A DNA stretch of 64,000 nucleotides, taken from Candidatus Latescibacterota bacterium. GTDB lineage: Bacteria > Latescibacterota > UBA2968 > UBA8231. The position numbers and the translations under genes were made by a program. Positions 19,522-28,921 of this stretch are shown here, one piece after another. Positions within the stretch are counted from its first letter, which is position 1. Every line of letters starts with the position of its first letter. The DNA lies in the NCBI GenBank assembly GCA_965204725.1, contig OZ242005.1:2624001-2688000 (forward strand). The letters run 5' to 3'. The notes beneath the pieces are model-generated. The model saw only the letters and a program-made list of their open reading frames with translations. It had not been told where the DNA came from and searched no databases.

Positions 19522-20250
19522 TTACTCTTGGGCACTGGGGGCTGAGAGGACGCCGCGGCTGGCCATGGCTTCGGCCTCGCGCACGGCGGCGCGCACGTTG
19601 GGGGCGCGGACGAGCAAGAGGCCTATCAAGGCATCGTGCGCTGTGCCGCAGCCGAACCGGGCTTGGTTGGGTTGGTCGGCGACTTCGTCCATTTCGCCGA
19701 GGCGGATTAGGCCGCGGACGATGGTAGCGAGGCGACGTTCTATGCCTCGGGCCGGTTCGGTGGCGCGGGCTTCGTACAGGCCCTGCCCGAGGCTGGCGAC
19801 GGCGATGGTGGCGTTGGCCTTTTTGTCGAAGATGTGCAGGGGGCGCGGCTGTAGGGGCTGCGCTGGCGGCAGCTTGCAAGCCTCTAGGAAGAGCCGCTTG
19901 ACCGCGAGCCGATGGGCGTGGCCGCAGGAAAAGCCGAGCGGGTCGGCGGTTGCTGGTTCCACGCCCTCGCGCATCTGCATGGCACGGGCGACCCTAGAAG
20001 TGATCTCGCAGCAGGGGGCGGAAAAGCCGGGTGGGTCGGCGGTTGTTGGTTCCATGCCTCCGAGCACCTGCATGGCGCGGGCGACCCCGGCGACGCGCTC
20101 GGCCGCCCCGGGACGCCGGCTGTAGGTGTGAACTTGGTAGCAGGGCCGTCCGGGGCCTTCTGGGGCATAGAGCGCGATGGAAATGTCGTCGAAGTGGGGA
20201 TCCATAGAGACCAATTCGACGCGCTCGCCAAGGTCTAAAGTTTGTGCCAT
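19522..20250 (-). CDS. Hypothetical protein, first gene of the corrinoid operon
   Basis: ATG at 20250 follows AGAGGA. Two F-x-C-G-x-x-H motifs and a 93-bp internal tandem duplication. Confidence 0.7.
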   Translation of the reverse strand: MAQTLDLGERVELVSMDPHFDDISIALYAPEGPGRPCYQVHTYSRRPGAAERVAGVARAMQVLGGMEPTTADPPGFSAPCCEITSRVARAMQMREGVEPATADPLGFSCGHAHRLAVKRLFLEACKLPPAQPLQPRPLHIFDKKANATIAVASLGQGLYEARATEPARGIERRLATIVRGLIRLGEMDEVADQPNQARFGCGTAHDALIGLLLVRAPNVRAAVREAEAMASRGVLSAPSAQE

Positions 20251-20305
20251 CTGCATTCCTCTTGACAGCAAAGTGCTAGGTTGAGTACTGTTAGCAAAAT
20301 AGCTA

Positions 20306-20318
20306 ATGGTCTGACCAT
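20306..20318. promoter_or_regulatory. FadR/GntR-type operator ATGGT-CTG-ACCAT
   Basis: Palindrome matching the FadR-subfamily TGGT-N3-ACCA consensus, located between the divergent regulator and the corrinoid operon. Confidence 0.75.
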
Positions 20319-20373
20319 CGGCAAATGTTTTTTCCGCCATCCGCGATTGAATGCCTTGACCGACTCTGCCAAC

Positions 20374-21075
20374 ATGCGCCCGGTGCAGCGCACGTCCGTA
20401 AGCGACGCGATTATCGCGCAGATAACCGACTTAATCGAGCGCAACGTCCTCAAGCCCGGCGACCGGCTGCCGCCAGAGCGCGAGCTGTGCAAGCGCTTTC
20501 AGGTTGGGCGGTCCTCCCTGCGCGAAGCCCTGCGCTCGTTGTCCATGATGGGCCTGCTCGAAGGCCGCGTGGGCGAGGGCACCTTTGTCTGCGACAAGGG
20601 CCAATACGTGGAGCGGGCGTTGCAATGGGGGTTTTTGCTCGACCGCAAGAAGCTGCAAGACCTGAGCGAGACGCGGATGATGCTCGAGTCGCAAAACGCC
20701 TATTTGGCGGCCGAGCGGGCCACGCCCGCGGACTTGGCAGCTATGGCCGACGCGCTGGCCGGCATGGCCGAGGGGCTGGCCGACGCGGGACGCTTTCTCG
20801 CCAGCGATTTGCAGTTCCACCTGCTTATCGCCCGGGCCACGCACAATTCCATTCTCTACAGCTTGCTCGAAACCACGCGCAACTATCTACAAGAATGGAT
20901 CAAGGAGAGCCTAGCGGAGCCGTCGCTGGCTGGCCCCCGAGCCGAACTGTCGCTGGCGCAGCACCGCCAGATCTTGGCGGCATTGCAGCGGCGGGATGCC
21001 GAGGCCGCACGGCAGGCGATGGCGGCGCACATTCGATCTAGCAGCGGGGATTTGGCCGAGAAGGTGCGGGGGTGA
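20374..21075 (+). CDS. GntR/FadR-family transcriptional regulator
   Basis: LKPGDRLPPERELCKRFQVGRSSLREAL winged HTH plus FCD domain (DLQFH..HRQIL..MAAHI). Confidence 0.92.
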   Translation: MRPVQRTSVSDAIIAQITDLIERNVLKPGDRLPPERELCKRFQVGRSSLREALRSLSMMGLLEGRVGEGTFVCDKGQYVERALQWGFLLDRKKLQDLSETRMMLESQNAYLAAERATPADLAAMADALAGMAEGLADAGRFLASDLQFHLLIARATHNSILYSLLETTRNYLQEWIKESLAEPSLAGPRAELSLAQHRQILAALQRRDAEAARQAMAAHIRSSSGDLAEKVRG

Positions 21076-21086
21076 GGGGGAAGGGG

Positions 21087-21114
21087 TTGGGGCAGACGCG
21101 GCGATCTGCCCCAA
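21087..21114. terminator. Hairpin between convergent genes (possible terminator)
   Basis: Perfect 10-bp stem TTGGGGCAGA/TCTGCCCCAA; weak U-tract. Confidence 0.5.
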
Positions 21115-21132
21115 TGGTTTGGGTGGCGGCAG

Positions 21133-21813
21133 TTAGGCTTCGCCCTCGCTTTCGCTGGCAGGTTCCCCCAGACTGCTACCAACTCTGACAATGCCTATCC
21201 TAGGTCCCGAGATAACGGTAGCGGCTTGCAAGAACAGTAAGTTCGCTTCCTCGTCCCGGTATGGCGTCAGTTGGACGCAGGTTATCAGATTGTCGCTAGC
21301 GGCTTTTTCGTTGAGCCACAAGACAGCGGAGCGCACTGGCGGCGCGAACCTGTGACTGACCAGAATGATGCGCTGGTCGTGATTCAGCGCATTGAGGTCT
21401 TCGTCATTGATATGTTCCAGCAGGGCGCTCTCGGCTTCCTCAGCCGATATACCTTTATAGCGGGCCAATATATCGACGATTTGTTCCACCTTGGCACGGG
21501 CGAAATAGCTGGCGTAGCGGACAGCTTGCCAATGAACGTCCTCCCCTGAGTCGTCGCGCTTTAGCTCGATGACGACCAGTTTTCCCTCTCTATCTACGGC
21601 CAGCAGGTCCGGTCGCTCGTTGGTTTGGTCAAAGCCGCTGAACTCTTTGCCAATTATCAACAGGTCTCTGCCCAAGACTCTGGGATGGTCGGCGATCCAC
21701 TCCTGAATGTCTGGTCGCTCCCTCAAGTCCAAATCGGCGAAATCTACTTCTTCTAGTGGTTGGGTGTCCTTGTTCCTAGGATTGATGCGAAACATCTGCG
21801 GTCCGTTGCTCAT
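21133..21813 (-). CDS. NucS/DUF91-like PD-(D/E)xK endonuclease domain protein
   Basis: ER-x-DIQEW..RPDLLAVDREGKLVVIELKR..QAVRYA. Confidence 0.78.
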   Translation of the reverse strand: MSNGPQMFRINPRNKDTQPLEEVDFADLDLRERPDIQEWIADHPRVLGRDLLIIGKEFSGFDQTNERPDLLAVDREGKLVVIELKRDDSGEDVHWQAVRYASYFARAKVEQIVDILARYKGISAEEAESALLEHINDEDLNALNHDQRIILVSHRFAPPVRSAVLWLNEKAASDNLITCVQLTPYRDEEANLLFLQAATVISGPRIGIVRVGSSLGEPASESEGEA

Positions 21814-21898
21814 CTTTCGTCCTCTCGTTTTGGGTTAGAAACGCGGCACTTCACCGCGCCTACAGGGGGGCCGTGCGTACCATCAGGTCTTTAAGTTA

Positions 21899-22903
21899 TT
21901 ACCCGTCAATCAGGGTCCGGTTGACGAACTCGGTGACGTCCTCAATGCGCCCCAACCCGGTTAAAATCAGGCTCTGGGCAATGCGCCGCGACAGTCCGAT
22001 GATGCGCTCGTCGCCCAGCCCGACCGGCTGGCGACCGTCGGTCGCGCTCAGCAGCAGGCAGCCGAGGTCGTGGACGGCTCGGTGCTTGACTTCCTCGACC
22101 TGCTCGTAGCTCGCGCCCTCAAAATAGCTGTTCCAGAATACATTGACCGCTTCTAAATAGGCGGCTTTTTGGGCGGTGTTCTGCATGGCCTTGATGCACA
22201 TATCGGCCGTGTAGAAGGCGAGGTCAAAGGTGGGATAACCGTAGTGAGCGGTGGCGAAATCAACCCAATAGGGATGGCCGTGGACGACCCAGACGTTGCG
22301 GGGCCGCAAGTCGCCCAAGACGAGGCAAAACCCCTCGTTGAGCAGGCGGTTGGTGTGGATGGCAATGACCTTTTTGAGATCGGGATAGGCGTTGGCGATG
22401 TAGTTGTAGAGCGGGTCGATGCGGAGTTGATCAAATGCCTTGGTGGCGGCAAACGCGGCCGCAACCTCAGCCGAGCCAGCCGTCTCGTTGTGAACGGTGG
22501 CCAACAGCTCGCCGCACTGGACGGCGATTTGCAGGTTGATGCGGCCGTTGAGCAGGTCGCCTTCCCACGACAGGGCGTTGTGCGGCGGCGGGGTCGTCAC
22601 GAGGATGAAGTCCGTGCGGTCTTCGAGCAAGACTTGGGGGAGGACCTCGGGCGGGAGAAACTGCGTCAAAAGCTCAATGCAGCTTTTCTCGGCGAAGATG
22701 CGCCGCCGATCAATCCACCAGCGCTCCTTGATTTGGACGCGCGAGTGCGCCTGCTTGACGATCCAAGTCTGGTTGGCAGACTCCACGTAATACACCCGGT
22801 TTTTCAGCCCGTCGCTCAAGTCTTGGATGCGGACCGGGGCCACCTCGGCGATCAGTTTCTTGCGTTTCAGATACTCGGGTATAGCCTGTTTCTCTAGGTT
22901 CAT
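21899..22903 (-). CDS. APH / 5-methylthioribose-kinase-like phosphotransferase
   Basis: WIVKQA, FDQLRIDPLY, LGDLRPRN, VDF..HYG-x-PTFD. Confidence 0.75.
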   Translation of the reverse strand: MNLEKQAIPEYLKRKKLIAEVAPVRIQDLSDGLKNRVYYVESANQTWIVKQAHSRVQIKERWWIDRRRIFAEKSCIELLTQFLPPEVLPQVLLEDRTDFILVTTPPPHNALSWEGDLLNGRINLQIAVQCGELLATVHNETAGSAEVAAAFAATKAFDQLRIDPLYNYIANAYPDLKKVIAIHTNRLLNEGFCLVLGDLRPRNVWVVHGHPYWVDFATAHYGYPTFDLAFYTADMCIKAMQNTAQKAAYLEAVNVFWNSYFEGASYEQVEEVKHRAVHDLGCLLLSATDGRQPVGLGDERIIGLSRRIAQSLILTGLGRIEDVTEFVNRTLIDG

Positions 22904-22912
22904 TGGCTTCTC

Positions 22913-23800
22913 TCAGGAGGTAGTGGCGATGGGGGCCCGCACCTGCTCGACTTGGCTAGCGGCGTGGTACGAGCTACGCACCAGCGGGCCGGACTCGACG
23001 TGGCGAAAGCCCAAGCCGAGGGCGAAGTGCTTCCACTCCGCAAACTCATCCGGGTGGACGAAGCGCGCTACGGGCACGTGGTGGGAGGACGGGCTTAGGT
23101 ATTGGCCCAACGTCAGAATGGCGCAGCCGACCTCCGCTAAGTCTTGGATGCTCTCGGTTATTTCTCTTTTGGTCTCGCCCGCCCCCAGCATCATGCCCGA
23201 CTTGGTGGGGGCCGGACTCATCTGGCGGGCGAGGTCGAGGAGCTCCAGCGAGCGGCCGTACTGGGCTTGGGGGCGCATGGTGGGGTAGAGGCGCGGCGGC
23301 GTTTCAATGTTGTGATTGAGGATGTCCGGGCCGGCCGCGAGGACGGTGGCGAGAGCCTGCCAGTCCCCCTTGAAGTCCGGGATCAAGACTTCGACGCTCG
23401 TCTGGGGGCAAAGGCGATGGACGGCCGCAATCGTCCGGGCGAAAATGTGCGCCCCGCCGTCTGGCAGTTCGTCGCGATTGACCGAGGTAATCACTGCGTG
23501 GTCTAGCCCGAGGCGAGCAATGGCCTCAGCCACGCGCTCAGGCTCCCCCTCGTCGAGCCTTGGGGGGCGGCCCGTTTTGATGGCGCAGAACCCGCAACTG
23601 CGGGTGCAGACATCGCCCAAAATCATAAAGGTCGCCGTGCGCTGGCTCCAGCACTCGCCGATGTTGGGGCACTGGGCACTCTCGCACACCGTGTTGAGTT
23701 GCAAATCGGCGAGCAGGTTTTTTAGGGCGATGTAATTGGGGTGGCCCGGGGCTTTGGCCTTGAGCCAGGGTGGGAGTCGGCGCTTGGGATCAGATGCCAT
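22913..23800 (-). CDS. lipA: Lipoyl synthase
   Basis: VCESAQCPNIGECW, CTRSCGFC, GQYL, VRSSYHA. Confidence 0.97.
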   Translation of the reverse strand: MASDPKRRLPPWLKAKAPGHPNYIALKNLLADLQLNTVCESAQCPNIGECWSQRTATFMILGDVCTRSCGFCAIKTGRPPRLDEGEPERVAEAIARLGLDHAVITSVNRDELPDGGAHIFARTIAAVHRLCPQTSVEVLIPDFKGDWQALATVLAAGPDILNHNIETPPRLYPTMRPQAQYGRSLELLDLARQMSPAPTKSGMMLGAGETKREITESIQDLAEVGCAILTLGQYLSPSSHHVPVARFVHPDEFAEWKHFALGLGFRHVESGPLVRSSYHAASQVEQVRAPIATTS

Positions 23801-23856
23801 AAGAAAGACTGGGAAAGACTAAAGGAAGCATATAATACGGCTCCGGTACGCTAATA

Positions 23857-25059
23857 TCAAGACTTGGCCCAGCACGTGCGGCACAGCCCGTACCACAAGC
23901 AGCCGAGGGGAATGAGCTTGGTACTGCGATAGGCCATGGAAACGACGGGTCCCCACGTGCGCTCTGGGTCAATCGGGCCATAGACCCCAGGCTCAATGTC
24001 GAAAAAAACAAAGGGCGTCGGCAGCGCGATAAAAGCGAATATCCACAAGAGCTTAGCCGAGCCTGAGTGCGCGTACAAGCCCACGAGTACCGGCTGGAGA
24101 AAGACGTAGTGATGCTCCCAAACGTCTTTATATACGAGAAAAAAGGTACACATCCACAGCGCGAGCAGCGGCAGGGTATCGCGGCCCCGCCAAGTGGCGA
24201 CCAAGGTCGCACCGAGGATGGCGGCCTGCGAAAAGTAGAGGACCGCCCAGCCGGCGAAGGGGAGGTCAGCGAGGGTCGTCAACTCGGCGAGGGGCCGCCC
24301 GGCTAGTTGGGCCGCGACGCTGACCAGCCCGCCTTGCAGCCCTAAATTGCCCGCGTGGGTGAGGGCCCCTGGGCGGGGCGCACCGTACAGATTGGCCGCG
24401 AAAAAGGTCGCCCAGCTATCTCGATATAGGAGGAAATAGGGCAGCGAGGTGAAAACGCCGGCCAGCAGCCCTACGACGAGGACGCGCCAAGCGCGGCCCC
24501 TCAAAAGCGCGGGAGCGAGGATGAAGGCGTTGGGTTTGACCAAGAGGGCACCCGCCCAACAAAAGCCGGCCGGCCATGGCCGACCCCTGTGGAGGCCGAC
24601 GATGAGCCAAAACAGCAGCGAGGCCGCCCAGAAGCTGACCTGCCCCATGTAGAGTTCGAGGAAATAAGGAGTGAACGCCAGCCACATAAACAGGGCCAAG
24701 CCGCGGCGCGGCCGTGCGACCCATCGCCAAGTCAGATAGAGATTGGCCGCGAGAAACAGCTCCGTGCAGCACAGGTGCAGCAGATAGGCCGTAAGGGGCG
24801 GAAGGTGGGCGAAAAGGCGAGCGACCCAAGCAAAGGCCGGCAGATAGCGGAAGCCGAAAGCACCCGACACCGCGTAGATGTCGCGGCCTTCGGCTAGGGC
24901 TTGTCCCGCCAAGTAGAAAACCCCGAAATCAAAGCCGCGGCGGGTGTGGGATGCGTCGTTGAAGAGGGGCCGGAGGAGGTCGGTGCCGAGCGCGGCGAGG
25001 AAAAAGGCGTGGATTAAAAGGCCGGCTACGAGGTAGGGAACAGGCCCGCGAAAATACAA
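23857..25059 (-). CDS. GT87/DUF2029-like membrane glycosyltransferase
   Basis: DFGVFY..FRYLP..GQ..VKP..WEHHY; many TM segments. Confidence 0.75.
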   Translation of the reverse strand: MYFRGPVPYLVAGLLIHAFFLAALGTDLLRPLFNDASHTRRGFDFGVFYLAGQALAEGRDIYAVSGAFGFRYLPAFAWVARLFAHLPPLTAYLLHLCCTELFLAANLYLTWRWVARPRRGLALFMWLAFTPYFLELYMGQVSFWAASLLFWLIVGLHRGRPWPAGFCWAGALLVKPNAFILAPALLRGRAWRVLVVGLLAGVFTSLPYFLLYRDSWATFFAANLYGAPRPGALTHAGNLGLQGGLVSVAAQLAGRPLAELTTLADLPFAGWAVLYFSQAAILGATLVATWRGRDTLPLLALWMCTFFLVYKDVWEHHYVFLQPVLVGLYAHSGSAKLLWIFAFIALPTPFVFFDIEPGVYGPIDPERTWGPVVSMAYRSTKLIPLGCLWYGLCRTCWAKS

Positions 25060-25063
25060 ACTC

Positions 25064-26935
25064 CTACTGGAGATCGCCGTTGCTGCCTTCTTGGGCGATG
25101 GAGTCCTCTTCTCGCACGCCTATTTCCCGCTTGTCGAACCACATCTGGTACTCGTCCGGGTCGGCGATGATGCGGCGCGCCTCTAGCACTTGCGGGTCCA
25201 CGGTGACGCTGTACGCTTCGGCCGCTTGCTCTCCGAATGCTTTTTCGAGGATGTCGAAGGTGAGCCGCCAAGCGACGCGCTCTTCGTTCTCCTGCCAGTG
25301 CTTTTCCTCGATTTTGTCGATTTCGTCGATCAGGTGGCTGAGCGGCTGGGCGAGTTGGTCTTCCTCCTCGTCTTCAGCCACCTTATCCAATTCCTCGACT
25401 TGGGCTTCGAGCTCGCTTATGTAGTTGAACCCGCGGTTTTCGGCAAAGGCGCGGAAGGCCGCCAAGTCCGCTGGCCCGACGACGAAGTCTGGAGTTAGGT
25501 TTGGGTAGTTGAGCCGATGCTCGCGGGCGTAGTAGAAAAACTGGTTGTTGAGGTTGTAGAAGCCCCAGAGCTGCCCGTAGAGGCGGCTGCCGCTGCGCCC
25601 AGCCACCTCAATGTCTGGAGCGATGCCGCCACTGCCGCGCACGATGCGCTCGAGCCGGAGGGTTTTGAACTCCTTGTCGTAGCCGCGGACGAGGGTGGAG
25701 TCCTTGCGCATGCGCTTGTCAATGGAACGGCCCGAAGGCGTGTGCCAAGCGGCCATGGTCAGCTTGAGCTCGGCGCGGTCGTCGATGGGTACGACCTGCT
25801 GAACCGAGCCCTTGCCCACGGTCGTAGTCCCCAGCACCAGCCCGCGGTCCCAGTCTTGGATGGTGCCGGAGACGATCTCGGACGCCGAAGCGGACAGGCG
25901 ATTGACCAAGACGATCAGCGGCGTGTCGTCGCCGAGCAGGGCTTCCTCGCGCGTGAAGTACTTGGAGGTATCTTTGAAGGCGCGGCCGGCGGTAAAGACC
26001 ACGAGGTGGTCGCGGGGTAGGAACAGGTCGGCGATCTGCACGGCTTCTTCGAGATACCCGCCGCCGTTGTTGCGCAGGTCGAAGATCAGCCGCTCCATCC
26101 CTTGCTCCTCTAGCTCGACGAGGGCGTTGAACATCTCTCGGCTCGACCCCTTTTGGAAGCTGTCGAGCTTGATGTAGCCGGTGTAGCCGGGGAAGAGGGT
26201 GGCTAGGGAGACGCTGTTGACCTGCACTTCTTGGCGTTCGATCGTCAGGTCAAAGGGGGTGGGGCGATCGGCGCGCTTTAGGGTCAGGGTCACGGCGGTG
26301 CCCGGCTCGCCGCGCATGCTGTCGGCGGCCACGCTGGCCGACATGCCCTTGGTGGAAGTGTTGTTGATCGCGGTGATGAGGTCGCCCGACTTAACGCCGG
26401 CTAGGGCCGCCGGCGTCTGGTCGTGCAGGAGGGCCCACACGGCAATCGCGCTGTCGGGATAGACGACTTGGATGCGGAAGCCCAAGCCCCCGTATTTGCC
26501 TTGGGTCTGGATGTTGAAATTGTCGAGGTTGCGCTTTTCCAAAAACACCGAATAGGGGTCGAGGATTTCCATCATCCCGGCGATGCCAAAGCGAATGAGG
26601 GTGTCGGCGGCAACCGGATACAAGGCATTCTCGTCAATGGCTTGGGCCATCTGCATGAGGGTGTAGAGGCGGTGGTTTAGCTGCTTGGCGGAGCCCTCGC
26701 CGTCGAACTGGGCCTTGAACGTGTATTCCGAGGCTGGGTCTAAGGCGTTGAATATCCCGCGCGCGGCCGCCTGCACGAGGGAATCGGGATGAACTTCTTC
26801 CACGTAGTGCTGATGAACAATCCGGGCCGTCTTCAACAATAGGGCTTTGTATTCGTCTTCAACCGAGCGCGCGGCCCGCAAATCGGAGGCGGACGCGACG
26901 AGGGCGAACAGGAGCAAAACGCGCAAAATGGACAA
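25064..26935 (-). CDS. S41A carboxyl-terminal processing protease (CtpA/Prc-like)
   Basis: LDPYS, PDZ (GKYGGLG), DLRNNGGG, SASASEIV, GKGSVQ. Confidence 0.93.
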   Translation of the reverse strand: MSILRVLLLFALVASASDLRAARSVEDEYKALLLKTARIVHQHYVEEVHPDSLVQAAARGIFNALDPASEYTFKAQFDGEGSAKQLNHRLYTLMQMAQAIDENALYPVAADTLIRFGIAGMMEILDPYSVFLEKRNLDNFNIQTQGKYGGLGFRIQVVYPDSAIAVWALLHDQTPAALAGVKSGDLITAINNTSTKGMSASVAADSMRGEPGTAVTLTLKRADRPTPFDLTIERQEVQVNSVSLATLFPGYTGYIKLDSFQKGSSREMFNALVELEEQGMERLIFDLRNNGGGYLEEAVQIADLFLPRDHLVVFTAGRAFKDTSKYFTREEALLGDDTPLIVLVNRLSASASEIVSGTIQDWDRGLVLGTTTVGKGSVQQVVPIDDRAELKLTMAAWHTPSGRSIDKRMRKDSTLVRGYDKEFKTLRLERIVRGSGGIAPDIEVAGRSGSRLYGQLWGFYNLNNQFFYYAREHRLNYPNLTPDFVVGPADLAAFRAFAENRGFNYISELEAQVEELDKVAEDEEEDQLAQPLSHLIDEIDKIEEKHWQENEERVAWRLTFDILEKAFGEQAAEAYSVTVDPQVLEARRIIADPDEYQMWFDKREIGVREEDSIAQEGSNGDLQ

Positions 26936-27001
26936 GCGACCCTCCTTGGTCAGTGGGACTGAGTTGCTGTGTAAGGATACTATGGACGAGCCGGTATCTC
27001 G

Positions 27002-27745
27002 TCAAGCAGTGCGCCGCCTGTACGCGAGGGCCAAGCCGCGGAGTACGAGGTCTGGATCGCACGTGTGGACCGCGGCGATATGCGGCTGGAGCAGGGGGCC
27101 GTCACCCCCGGTGAGAAAGACCGCGACGCGGTCGTCTAAGGCCGCTGTCATGCGCGCACAGAGGCCCTCGACGAGGGCCGCCGACCCGTGCAACGCACCC
27201 GAGCGCAGGCCGTCCGCAGCGTTCTTGCCCAGCAGGGGCGGCGCGCCCGCGAACTCGACTGGCGGCAAAAGGCTGGTGCCCGCGCTGAGGGCGTTTAATC
27301 CGAGGCGCAAGCCCGGGGCAATCGCGCCGCCGCGAAAGGTCCCCTCGGCGTCAATGGCATCAACCGTGAGCGCGGTGCCAGCATCAACTACCACGGCCGC
27401 AGCCGGGGCGGCGCGATGGGCGGCCGCGGCCGCGGCGAGGCGGTCGACGCCAAGCTGCGCGGGATCGTCGTAGTCGATGCGCAGACCCCAATCCCACGCG
27501 CTGCTCGCTTGGAGAACGGGGCCGGTCGCGAGGCCGCGACACGCCTCGGCGTACGCAGCCCCCAATTCCGCGACGACCGACCCAACGACCACGCCCAGCC
27601 GGGGCGCGGCAAGCGGTGCGAGCAGGCGTTGGAGGCCGATCTCGGCTGGGGGAGCCGTGGAGCATTTGTAGCGAAAGACGAGGTCGTCGCCAGCCAAAAG
27701 CCCGATGTCGATGCAGGTATTGCCGATGTCGATGGCCAAGAGCAT
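27002..27745 (-). CDS. coaX: Type III pantothenate kinase
   Basis: LLAIDIGNT, LGVDR, VVDAGTALTVD, GGAIAPG, LTGG. Confidence 0.93.
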   Translation of the reverse strand: MLLAIDIGNTCIDIGLLAGDDLVFRYKCSTAPPAEIGLQRLLAPLAAPRLGVVVGSVVAELGAAYAEACRGLATGPVLQASSAWDWGLRIDYDDPAQLGVDRLAAAAAAHRAAPAAAVVVDAGTALTVDAIDAEGTFRGGAIAPGLRLGLNALSAGTSLLPPVEFAGAPPLLGKNAADGLRSGALHGSAALVEGLCARMTAALDDRVAVFLTGGDGPLLQPHIAAVHTCDPDLVLRGLALAYRRRTA

Positions 27746-27881
27746 GGAGGAATTTGGCGATTGACTTTCTGTTGCGGCGTCCATAGCTTTGGTAAACTCA
27801 AGTCAAACAATATCCAATATATACAGTATCTACCGGACGCCTCAACCAGTTGCTAGCAGACTAGAAGACAGGGCAAGAATT

Positions 27882-28898
27882 GTGAATATCCTAGGCAAAC
27901 GCCAAACCTTTATCGTCATTTCCTCCCAAGACGGTCGGATGCGCGAGTGCGGTTTTTTCCCGCGCCTCCTGTGGCTGCTGCTGCTGGGGGGATTGGGTTT
28001 GGTCGGGATGCTTGGTTACTACATCTACGCCGAGGGTTTTTATCGGCTGGGCAATCAGAAGGCCCTGCTGTCCTTGCAGGCCGAAAACAAAACCCTTCTT
28101 CACACCTTAGACCAGACCCGCGAGGAAGTGCAGCAGCTCGGGGAGGCCATGGCTCAGCTCAAGGCCACCGAAGATCGATTGCGCGCACACCACGAGATGG
28201 AGCCGCTCGCCGCAACTCAAGAGCCGGGCGGCGTCGGGGGCGTCGAAGACTTGTCCGAGGAGTTCATGTCCTTGCCGCCGCAAAAGCAGATGATGCGCGA
28301 GTTGAGCGTGCGCATCGACTATCTCAAGCGGATGACCAATCTCCAAGAAAAGAGCTTTGAGGAAATCGAGCGCAAATTTGAAGAGACCAACGTCCAATAC
28401 TTACCCACGATCTCACCGGTTCACGAGGGGCGCACGTGGCGGTCGTCGGCCTTTGGGTGGCGCATTGACCCCTTTAGCGGGCGTCGGGCCTTTCACAGCG
28501 GCGTCGATTTCGCCGGCCGCAAGGGGATGCCCATCTACGCGACGGCCGATGGCTTTGTCAGCTACGCCGGAACGGATAAATACCTCGGCAATACGGTTAT
28601 TATCGACCATCGGAAAAAGGAACTCGACGAAGCGGGCCAGCCCTATGCCCACCAAGGCGGCTACCAAACCGAATACGGCCACTTGGACAAAGCCTTGGTC
28701 GAGCAGGGCCAGCAGGTCAGGCGCGGGCAGCAGATCGGAACGATGGGCAGCACGGGCCGCTCGACCGGCCCCCACTTGCACTACGCGGTGCGCTTGCGGG
28801 ACCGCGAGTTGAGCAAGCACCGGGGCTACAAAAATCCAGAAGATTTCATCTTCGACTTCGACAAGAACGAGGACGCCATGTGGGCCGCTGGCGAGTGA
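27882..28898 (+). CDS. M23 family metallopeptidase with N-terminal TM and coiled coil
   Basis: HSGVD, YGHL, GRSTGPHLHY; GTG start inferred. Confidence 0.9.
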   Translation: MNILGKRQTFIVISSQDGRMRECGFFPRLLWLLLLGGLGLVGMLGYYIYAEGFYRLGNQKALLSLQAENKTLLHTLDQTREEVQQLGEAMAQLKATEDRLRAHHEMEPLAATQEPGGVGGVEDLSEEFMSLPPQKQMMRELSVRIDYLKRMTNLQEKSFEEIERKFEETNVQYLPTISPVHEGRTWRSSAFGWRIDPFSGRRAFHSGVDFAGRKGMPIYATADGFVSYAGTDKYLGNTVIIDHRKKELDEAGQPYAHQGGYQTEYGHLDKALVEQGQQVRRGQQIGTMGSTGRSTGPHLHYAVRLRDRELSKHRGYKNPEDFIFDFDKNEDAMWAAGE

Positions 28899-28921
28899 GT
28901 TAAATTGCACTGAGGCATATC

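Noticed and set aside
20251-20373. Cobalamin or SAM riboswitch ahead of the corrinoid operon
   Set aside because: The region is short, I see no B12-box or S-box motif, and a FadR operator explains it.
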